64,000 nt of DNA, taken from Balanoglossus misakiensis (lineage: Eukaryota; Animalia; Hemichordata). Numbering within the stretch: the first letter of the stretch is position 1; every line of letters starts with the position of its first letter. The DNA is taken from NCBI GenBank assembly GCA_040954595.2, contig CM082590.2, forward strand, positions 6,076,001 through 6,140,000. Reading direction: 5' to 3'. The position numbers and the translations under genes are program-made. Below the pieces are notes generated by a model. The model was not told where the DNA came from. It ran no database searches and worked only from the letters and a program-made list of their open reading frames with translations. Below are positions 15,019-27,000 of the stretch, piece after piece.

Positions 15019-18000
15019 TTCATGCCGAGTGCTGAGTTCTGTGTTGGGTTGTGTCGTATGTTTGTGTGTACCGATGCATTAATTGGATGACTTTGGTTGG
15101 GCTAAAGGTTCAGAGCCAGCAGATGCAGTTTTCAACACACTCGGTGCTTTGCATCATGTCCGTCATTTGAGCGTGCAAGAGTCCATCGAGACGGTTGAAC
15201 GCTTGCATGATATTTCTGGATATTTCAATTGACACGGACACAACGACTTTACATATTAAACCTAACCATTTTGGGCGACTTGGAAGCTGCGATACATCGG
15301 TGGGTTAATGGAAAAAACGCGCAACCAAAAAGAAATTCAGTCTCTGATAGAATGTCAGATTTGCTGAGATACCTCAAACGTTTCACTCATCAAGACTTCT
15401 GCGCCCACATATCAGGTGCTGCATAATTCATACTGTTTGAGAAAGACTAGGTTTTCAGCAATGAAGTCCAAACTGATAATTCCTCTAACATGGTTTAACT
15501 CTGTTGTTGAAACATTCAATATATTCCAAACACAATGGAAGAGATTAAACATTACTTGGTCGTTATACGTGGAAATATATGTTCTATTCTTTGTATTGCA
15601 TAATCCGTTTTGACTAGTGACATCTCTAATTGCTACAAAAACAACAGTGCAACGCGTATATGCAAGCACCAAGAAGAAGACCACTGGTTCACCAAAGAAT
15701 AACGGAGACATTGTCTCAAACTCACTAGAAAAAAAACATAGCGAAATTTTTGTGAGGCTTTTGCGTCAACAGAGCGAGAGAAATTGGATTAACTGAATGT
15801 ACAACAAAAATTGATGAATTCGCAGGTAAACAAACCCTCAAACACATATCTCTCAAGGCGGGAATTTAGATGTTCTTACAAAACTACACGTAATTGCACT
15901 ATTTTTCTGATACGTCATAACGATGATAGCAGACAACTCAGCACATGCTGTTAAAATTGAAAGTAAACGTTTAACCCTGATACAAAGTTGGATTCCTTCA
16001 TAAACCGTCATCTGAACCATTACAAAACTGACTCAGTCTAAAGAAATGTTCTTCTCGCTGGCGAGACCTCGCTTTCAGTCGACGCCGCGAAGTGAAGTGC
16101 GCCTCAAGCGGCGAGGCCGTCTTCGCCGCTCAATTCTCCCGACCTCGCTGCTCGTGGCGCACTTCGTGTGGCTATGCCGTCGAATGACAGAGAGAGAAGT
16201 CTGGCTGGCGAGACTAAAAAAAGTTGTCTGGCTGAAGTCCACCATAATCATTTGAATGTCAATAGTGGTTCTGCATATTTCTTACCTTTCATTCATAATT
16301 GGCGTTCTTTGATTGGCTAATTCCAATGCTCTATTAAGGGGTAATGAAACTGCTGTCTAGGCTTTTATAATATTTAGATCATTGTCAGTTTGAGTTATTG
16401 TACAGAGGGCATCTTCAAATGAAAACAACACACGCGCGTATCATAAATCTCAAGTAAAAGAATACTAATTTGTGATGTTAATGTACCCTCAAAGGACAGA
16501 GCCCTGTCACAACAACATGCATTCATGTCCATTACGTGGGGGACTGGCATGTATCCTACTATTAATTCCCCCCCCCCCCCCCCCAAAAAAAAAAAAAAAA
16601 AAAAAAAAAGTGTCGGCAAAACATGTTGTGCCGTCTCACAAATGAATGTTCAGAATGTGTGTAACAGTGAATGCTTACTGAAACATTGCGTCAAGAATAT
16701 AGTCAGAGATTTTCAGTGTCATATTTTTGTTGTATTCCCACAGGAAGGTTGGGTACCGTTACACTATGCAGCAGCCTGTGGCCATGGTGACGTGGTGACA
16801 CTTCTACTGCAATCCAATGCCAGCGTTGATGTGCAGACCAACGTAAGTTAATGTAATCACACTAATTCTATTCTACACTCACACATCAGCTGACACGTTT
16901 TGTTATCAATATCACACATATTTGAACATAGGTAAATAAAAATAAATAGTTAAAGCCTATCCCTCTGCCTTATTCCCAACGACCCAGACTTTACAACATA
17001 TTTTAACAATGACAGCCTGTCTTGTATAATTATACAGTGTTTACACATGATTAAAAAAAGAAATCAATCATTCAGAGCAGGAAGTGTTGTTTGTTTTTGT
17101 TGAATGTGAGATCAAGATCAGCAGATTTATATTATTGTAAATATAAATGTATATTGTTTAATTAAAGATTGTTTAAACATTTAATATTATAATTTATATA
17201 AGGCATGTGTATAATCTCATGAAAAGGCAATAGTAGAAAAGAGTATTTTAGCAAATCTCAAAGATTTCCTGGGAAGGAACAGATGCGTACAAATGTGCGC
17301 ACTTTACAAGTTTACATTCTACGTGTGATACAGGCAAGTTGTTTTCTTTTCAAAATCAAAACGGTGGCACCCCTTCCGGGCACAAAAGTACCTACTCGAT
17401 AGGGCACTTCTGACACCCTACTCCGAGAGAACCCCCCCCCCCCGGCAGAGAAAAATCAAATCTCTAACAAAACTATCAACAAATCAAGGAAAACGCGGAA
17501 TTCCAGTGTCTCACCGGAACAGGAAATGGAGACACTGAACATAGAGAAAACCAAAATGCTGGAAAAACTCGAACGCGTGGAGCGAATGATCACAACGCAA
17601 CCGTGACCAGACCTCCGGATACGGAGAAAACATCCGCTCATTACTCCGTGCCCCATTTAATAAACATGGCCTCAGACGAGAAGGGCGTCTATCACCTATT
17701 TCGCACAGGCAACCTATGGTCACAGTGCCACCAGGCGGTCGTGATTGTGCAACACGTTTGACAAAGGCTAGTACACGTCATAACTAAGTCTTGTAAAAGC
17801 GTTTGTACAAAATCTGCAAATATAAATGCTTCAACCCACAAACCTTCAGTTCTGCTTTCTTGCTATACTTGCTCTTCAATATTAATAAATCTATGTTTAC
17901 CAGACCTGAACTGCATTTCACCAATTAAGAAGATAACCAAAAAAGCACAAGAAAAAATTAAGGAGCTTTGAGATGTTATGGCAAGGTTGAGACGGATAAG

Positions 18001-21000
18001 GGCTTATTTTTTACAAACCATTCCAGAGAAAGTGTCACATATTCTAATCCTAACATAGGGAGAATCCCACTTAATGTATGCAATGCAATTTCAGTTATTG
18101 AGGGTTTCACCCAAGACACCTTTCATTGGCCTAGAATTTTTGCCATGATTTATGGTTGAGATAAACTCCGCCCTCACCTCGGACTCAAGCTCGCTGAGCT
18201 GGCTCTCATGATTCTCCCCGTTGATTTGTCTGAAGATACCACGATAGAAAACTTTAGAACAACGGAGAAAACATTCTAGACTTGCTATGCTTTTAAAATT
18301 AATGTACGACTTGTAGCGATAGATAAAGGCAAGCTTATGAAATGCCCTTATAGATACACACAACATTTTGTATCAGGTTGTCATGATCAAGACAGACTCA
18401 GGAAAAGGTCAACTCCCCCCTGAAATATCAAAGACTTAATTAATTTAAACTCAGGCGACCTTTACTTCTAAAAATAATTTCGATCACTCTCACATTCGAG
18501 ATATTGTGTTTCAAACTTATTGGTTGTTCATTGCCTATAGTCCCGAAGACGGACACAAATTAGCACCTATGGCATTGTCAATCCAAACATGACCCTACAT
18601 GTGCAATGCCCGTACAATACCCGTCACTCAGGTTTTAACTAAACTCTTTGAATAATCACAGCGATTAAATTGTTACCCTGAAACTTTGCCAAAAACAGTT
18701 TGACCGCGCTAGTTGTTCGTTGATCATAATCCTAAAGATAGCAAACAAATAAGACTTGATGAAAACTGCATTACTTCACTTACAAGTGACTGACGCCAAA
18801 GTAAAATTGGCTGTTGCAGGACGCCACTAGCGGTGAAGTAAGGTAGAATGGTAGTCGCTGAAGTAGATCCCCGGCGCGCTTTACACAGTGAAGTGTGAGG
18901 CTATCCGTTACATTTGTTGTATTCTCTCGTATATTGACAGTCGTCGTCCATGTGTTTCCGAAGAGAGTTGAAACATAGTTTCGTTTGGTGATTTATTGTC
19001 ATTTAGTGGAATCGGTGACCACCGTACACCTGATTTTGCCTGAAATTCGCTTAAAATATGACGGTCCGGGCGACTTTTTGATTTGCAATGTGGAGACAAC
19101 TGACTCTTTCTGTTTAAGTTTCACACGCAGGCAAGAATTTGGTGTCATTCCTGAATTTTTCGCGTACATCCGCGAAATTCCAACGTTTATCACCCAGTTT
19201 TCGGTTGATATTATCGGGTACTTCAGGTGGATGGTTATCTGCTGACATAGTGGTAAAATATCCGGCATTTACACATAAGGCGAATTTATGTAGCAATATT
19301 CTAAACTACCAACCCGAAACAATTTTGCTTCTCTGATGTAAAGGTTGTTGTACACATAAGCCATTGATCATCACAACTGTCATGGTGTCCCATTGAAAAG
19401 TTTATGACTAGAGATATGAAAGGTATTGTAATAATAAATAACAAAACCAACAGTGTTTTTTATTTAATTTGCATAATTACGTACATTTTCAAATAAACCC
19501 GAAAAGTAACTGTGTTGCTGATTACGATACATAAAAATTCCACATTCATTAACTAGTTTTGCAGTGTTAATGTCTGATATGTCTTTGTATTTTACAGGAA
19601 GGTGACACACCTATACACCTGGCAGCAATGAGGGGTCAGGAAGGAGCAGCACTGTTATTACTGAAAGCCAAATGCTCTGTCAACATACAAAACAAGGTAA
19701 GTTAGAACCGGCCTCATTGCACAAGGTGATGTAAGCGTTATAGACTGAGTTTTTTGGTGGCTTTACTTTGGGGACAAGTTTTCGTGTAAAGGTATTGTGT
19801 GTGTTAGTATGTGCGTGTGTTGTGTGTGTGGCGCAGAAACGTTTGAGGATTAGAACAAAACAATTTATTGGGTTCAATTTGCATTCTTCCCACCTGCCCC
19901 CGTTGAAGTTATTTTGAAAAATATGCCTAAAATGTCTGATAACAAAACAATGTGTTTTTATTTTGACAATATTGACGAGGAAGTAATTTGAGAATCGCGT
20001 AAGTTTAGGGTGAAGCAGCAGCGGTTCATTGTTCATCGTGAGCACTTCCTGTAAACGGTGAGATAGATCCCTGGCGCGGTTTACACAGTGAAGCGTGGGA
20101 CTACCCGTCGCGTTTGCTTTATTCTCCTGTCTATACAGTCGCTGGCCGAGAATTTCTGGGGAGAGTGGAAACATTACTAATTTCGTTTGGTGATTTCCTG
20201 TCATTTAGTGGAAACTGTGACCACAGTGGAACTGTCTGGGTAGTTTGGTCCTTAGCTGTAGTGTTAAGCTCAACTCCCTTTTCTCTCTTCTGACGAGGGA
20301 TTTGATATGTTGAGGATTTTACCCGAAATTTGCTTTAAATATGGCGGACCGGGGCGACTTATTAATTTGCATTGTGGACGTAACTGACTCTTCCTGTTTA
20401 AGTTTCGCACGTAGGCAAGAATTTTTTTCTCTTTCTGGAAATATTCACGTACATTCGCGAAATTCCAACGTTTATCCCGTCGGGTACATCAGGTGGATGG
20501 TCATTGGCCGTGAAAGTACATAAGATTATTCTGACTCCCCAACATACTGGCTGACTTTGTGGAAATGATTTTTGTTTTGTATCTATTCAATAGCGTTGAA
20601 GTTGGAGACAATATAGCTTTATTTAAACATCCAAACCACGTGTACAGTATATACCAGCAGGGTTTTGTCATTTTATTACCGTGGTTTATTCATAAATAGG
20701 TAATTTGGTAACTTTTGACACTTTAAAAGAAATTTGTGAAATGCTCCAAATATTTGTCGGTCGGGCCTATTTAATTTATATTTCTATTGATGTAATGAAG
20801 GTGTATACAGTTAAGAGTCATGACATTTAGATTCTTGAACCGGAAAACTGAATCCAAAATTGTGTCAAAAGCAAATTTCAATGTCGTGAGAACAGGAACC
20901 TTTACATGATGCATTATTAAATACTACTGAAGCTGTGGAATCGGTTATCAATGGTTGATTAGTGTTATTCTAGGATTGACTCATTATGCAAACTTTGTAA

Positions 21001-24000
21001 AACTTCACAATGATTTTGACGTTACCTCAGGGTCACACCAAAATTGTGTCAATAGACTCAAAGCCTGGCGCTGGGTTAGATTTAATAAAGGCATGAATTA
21101 CTGATGAACCGCACTTAATTCTTTCCCCTCATGTTCCCTTTTGAATAAAAATTGTAAAAATTTGTTTCAAATGTGGAATGTGAAAACTGCATCGAGTGTG
21201 TTGGGCGAAATTTACCACGGATTCTGTTGGACATTGTCTCACTGTTGTTGTTTTTATCAGCCTCTATATCATTTCGAGGTTAGTATGCTGACATTGTTTC
21301 AGAGTCATTGAAATCCTATTCCCACCTCCATAACATGTAAACAAAATGAAATTCCTTCATACTTTGATAACGACACATATGTTAACACAATATTGCTCAT
21401 GTGACTTCCCTAATGGTAGAGGACCCACTGCCGCTTAAGATTGGGCTCTCCAATCAAAGAATCACGGGTCCAAACCTTTCCACAGGGGTGGTGTTCGTGT
21501 TCTTGAGCAAGAAGATATCCTTCTAGTTGCTTCTCCCAACACAGGAGTAAAAGGGAAGGACTTCAGAGATTATGATTAGTGGTGTGTTTGGCTCGATAAC
21601 GTTAATTGTGGCTGCCAAGTAGGTATGCTGACATTGTTGATTTATAGTCAAGTGATATTAGATCTCGAAACAAAACACTCGTCATATATATCTCCACAGA
21701 GTCCTATCATGTCAGGGCATACTTATGTATAAAACGAAAACCTTTGCGATTTTGATCGCCACATTGTCGTCAAATATTTTATTGCTACAAGGGTATTGCT
21801 AGAATAAAAACGATAAATACCCACGCAGATCACTCAAAAATGGCCAAATGCACTTGTATCATCTTCGGGTTCTTTCATTCTGCTGGAAATTTCGAACTTG
21901 TCAGATTCAAAAAACTTATATTTGTTGTAGTTGTCGCAGACAGAGTAAAGCACATTGATTAAAGGACAGTTTGTTGTAATAAGTATCGAGGTCCAACTTG
22001 TACATTTTAGACACATCAACTGTTTCAAGATTTTAGAGTACCGGTACTAGTAAATATTGCACAATAACAGAATGTCATGAATTCTGCACATGACATATGA
22101 TACAGACCTTAGTGATGTTTAAGAAGGATGCGATTTGTTCTACAGCTGTAGTTTTCATGAGTAAAGCGATCGTGAAATTTAGTCGAACATTTTGCTTCAC
22201 GGGTCATGGATGTCTGACATGTTGTTCAATGACAGAGGGAATAGTTTACAATGTACCGAACTGAACTCACTAGATGCAACATTTACTGCACATGGTGCAC
22301 GGTGACCGTTTTTAAGCCTAGCCAGTTTAAAAGTTTCTCATTCATATATGGATCACAATCGACATGTTTTAGGTATTCACTATTCTCGAATGCTAGATCA
22401 CAGGCAAAGTGCCTCTGTCACAGGGCATATATACATTCATTTACGCCACCTACGATCGATGATTGTCACATTATGTTTCTTCCGATCCTGGTTGCTTATA
22501 GTGCATCTCCCTTTTGCCGTTGGTGGCGGCATTGAAGGATAAAAGACTATCCGCCAGCCGACAGTGAGACTTTACGTAAACTGAAACTGAGGAAAGCACC
22601 GGATCACAGGGATTGTGTTTGCATTGCATCAACGATCAGGCGCAAATTTGAGTTTCTTCTGATTATGGCTACTTAGTACAACACCCTTAGTCGTTGGCAG
22701 CGCTATTTGAGGATAAAATGTTATTTGAAGCCTCTAGACATGTAGACTGAAAGCGAGAAAAGCATCAGATAGGACAGCGACATTCTTACCGATCGATATG
22801 AAATATTTTTTTTATTTCAGATAAAAGTAACGGAATTATCATTGAGTTGCCATCATTTCTTAAACACTTTGTCTAGAAGTTTGCTCTCAGGCCCATGTGA
22901 CCACTGGAAGCTGACCGTGGATATCTGTAAATTTATTATTAGTTTCATTAAAAGAAGGTCATTTCCACCACTCTGCCAATAACACTTATGTTCCATGTGT
23001 TCCATATTATTAAAGAATCGTGCATTCACGTTCTAGTCTTCATTTCCCGTATCACATCGAAAATATCATCCAACCACATTTTTCAGGACCCGCAACAAAT
23101 CCCGATCTAAATATCAGCTACTGGAAAGCCCAACACATTAACACAGATTCTGCATGTGGCCATTAAAACTCTGTGTCTTCATTTTGACAGGATGGCGACA
23201 CTCCTTTGCACAATGCAGCAAGAAAGGATCGTGTGAATATAGTGAGGTTACTGTTGGAATACAAGGCTGATGTCAACATACAAAACAAAGCAAGTAGTAT
23301 TTTTGTAATCTGTATTTATCATTTGAATCAGCATGCTCTTGAGAGGTTGTAACTTGTTCCAACTTTGTACGCAATGTCTGATGCAGGTTTTTTTTATCTA
23401 TCATTTGAATCAGCAAGCTCTTGTGAGATTTGTAACTTGTTCAAAGGTTTTTGCAAAGTTTGATACACATTTTGAACAATTGCTTGAGAGCAATTGTATG
23501 AAGCTTGAATCAAAGATGCCCTTCACACAGTTTGTATGAAGCCTGAACTGGGATTGAAGCAAATATCTATGTGAAGTTTGTCTCAAGTTTTGATTATTTT
23601 GGGGAGATCTGGAATACGTTCCACTCCTAGGTGTGGTTACTTTTCATCTCTCTTCTTTGTACATTTTTATTTCTTTTAAGTTTCTGTACTTTCACTTTTA
23701 ATATATCAGAGATTTCCCCCGTCCATACCCACAAATTCCTTATCGGTGAACAAAGCTAATGTGAAAGGATTGTTGGCAGTTTTAGAAATATCCAACTAGG
23801 GTGCAATTCGGAGACTTAATCATGTAAAATTTTACTATCGGCTAATGTACATTTTCAACACAACACCTGACGATGATTTAATTTACTAAATATCATTTGA
23901 AGACAAAATTTATCTTGATAATTTGTTTTTTTTGAAAAGGATATATGCTTTAAATGCCGCCAACAAAACCATGACAAAGTGTGTCCCCTTTTAAACATAC

Positions 24001-27000
24001 ATTCAGGGTAGCACACTTGCATCACTTCAAGCTCCTTAAACAATGACAACTCATCCCAGTAATAAGCCTATAATAAATTTCGCGATGTTGGCTAAACAGC
24101 CGTGGACACTTGCCATAACACGGTCGGTCGATGTCTTGAAAAATTATTCTGTATTTTGTAAAAAAGGCAAGGAACAATTTCAAGGGATTAAACCTGACAG
24201 TTTATTTCTCTGTGTTTGTACGAAGACATGAAATCATCTAGTGTAGGCGTTTCCTGGTAAAGTGTATTGTTACCGTAAAGGGCGTATTACGCAAATGGGC
24301 GTCCAGCGTAGATTTTTGGAAAGCAAAACACGTTCCGAATCTTCTGTTGCACGAGGAAAGTGGAATTATTTTGTGAAAATCCAACTTTTTCGGAGTTGGA
24401 TCTTCAGTAGCTGTGGAAATGCAGCTGTTCCACTGGGAGGGGGGGGGAGATACTAAATCCCCGCATCTCCCCCCCCCCCCCGGCGGAACAGCTGCGTTTC
24501 CATGTCTTCACTTCATAAGTCCAGATTCCTGGCTGTTGGGAAGCCCTACAAGTTCAACAGTACGATCGCAATGTTCCTGTCAGAATTTGGCTTGCCTTTG
24601 CCACGTGTTGCCATAGTTACGCCTAATTTTATTTTAAATACCTTCCCACCACATGTTGTCGCAATTTATGACTGTAGGTAATATTGAAAATCACAACATC
24701 CCTGCATTTCATGAGACATAATTAGTTTCCAGATGTGCGCCTGTCACTTGCCTACTCCATAGATATTTGTCAAAACCCTGAAACAAACTTTCTGGTTGGC
24801 AGCCATAAAGCCAATGCAAACTTGACATTCAGATGTGTTTGCGTATACATGTACATAACAGTCATAACTCTGGCTTCGCTGGAGCATTTGCTGCTTTCAG
24901 TTCATGCCGAGTGCTGAGTTCTGTGTTGGGTTGTGTCGTATGTTTGTGTGTACCGATGCATTAATTACTTAGATGACTTTGGTTGGGCTAAAGGTTCAGA
25001 GCGAGCAGATGCAGTTTTCAACACATTACACACTCGGTGCTTTGCATCCGTCATTTGAGCGTGCAAGAGTCCATGGAGACAGCTGAACGCTGTTCCCTCC
25101 ACCCCTTGCATGATATTTCTGGATATTTCAATTGACACGGACACAGCGACTTTACATATCAAACCCAACTATTTTGGGCGACTTGGAAGCTGAGGTACAT
25201 CAGTGGGTTAATGGAAAAAACGTGCAACCAAAAAGAAATTCAGTCTCTGATAGAATGTCAGATTTGCTGAGATCCCTCAAACCTTTCACCCATCAAGACT
25301 TCTGCGCCCACATATCAGGTGATGCATAATTCATACTGTTTGAGAAAGACTAGGTTTTCAGCAATGAAGTCCAAACTGATAATTCCTCTAACATGGTTTT
25401 ACTCTGTTGTTGAAACATTAAACATATTTCAAACACAATGGAAGAGATTAAACATTACTTGGTCGTTATCCATGGAAATATATGTTCTTGTTATTGTATT
25501 GCATCCGCGATTTGAATTAGTGACATCTCTAATTGCTACATAAAAAATCGCGTCAAGGACACGGTGGTCCCATTGAGTGATTACACAAGAAAAAGTCTAC
25601 ACTGGAGTACATGGCCATATACAGACAGACAGACACACACACACATAGCGAGAGATCAATGGGCAAACACTGACTGACCCATAAGCTGCCAATAGCATAT
25701 GTACTGTACATACACTAAATAGAACAGCTGGCCTCTTTAAAACTTAGTCAGTTATGTAATCATTCAGGAATTTGCTGTGTTTATATGAATCACAGAGGGG
25801 AGTTCCTGCCTAATTAAAACAACTCAATAAAGTAAATACACACCACTTTGCAAAGCAATCTGACCAGTAGTTCTGGAGTTACTGAGTTTTGCCCAAATTC
25901 ACATTTCCCCAGCTAATTTGCATATTTTGGCAATGGCAACTTCATTTGAACAAACTCCCATCTACAGCCCAGCCTGCATCAGCACACCTAATATCAAGGT
26001 GATACACGCAGCGGTTTTCACGTTTTTGATGTGGACGGACATACAGACATACATACATCCATACCTACAGACGCAACCAATCCCATAAGGTCCCATGGTA
26101 TATACAAATGGGACCCCAAAGCAGTGCAACGCGTATAGGCAAGCACCAAGAAGAAAACCACTGGTTCACCAAAGAATAACAGAGACATTGTCTCTAACTC
26201 ACTAGAAAAAAAAGAGAATAAAACATGGCGAAATTTTTGTGAGGCTTATGCGTCAACAGAGCGAGAGAAATTGGATTAACCGAATGTACAACAAAAATAC
26301 ATATTGATGAATTCCCAGGTAAACAAACCCTCAAACACATCTCTCTCACGGCGGGAATTTAGATGTTCTTACAAAACTACACGTAATTGCACTGTTTTTC
26401 TGATACGTCATAACGATGATAGCAGACAACACAGCACATGTTGAGCATTTGGCAATGTTTAAAACGAAAGCGAACGTGAAACCCTGATATATAAAGTGGG
26501 ATTCCTTCATAAACAGTCATCTGAACCATTACGAAACTGAGATATTGTGTTTTAAACTTATTGGTTGTTCGTTGCCGATAGTCCCGAAGACGGACACAAA
26601 TTAGCACCTATGGCATTGTCAATCCAAACATGACCCTACATGTGCAATGCCCGTACAATACCCGTCACTCAGGTTTTAACTAAACTCTTTGAAATAATCA
26701 CGGCGATTAAATTGTTACCCTGAAACTTTGCCAAATACAGTTCGACCGCACTAGTTGTTCGTTGATCATAATACTAAAGATAGAAAACAAATAAGACTTG
26801 ATGAAAACTGCATTACTTTACTTCCAAGTGACTGACGCCAAAGTAAAATTGGCTGTTGCAGGGCGCCACTAGCGGTGAAGTAAGGTAGAATGCACGTCTG
26901 AGTATTATATGTAGTCGCTGAAGTAGATCCCTGGCGCGCTTTACACAGTGAAGTGTGAGGCTATCCGTTACATTTGTTCTATTCTCTCGTATATTAACAG

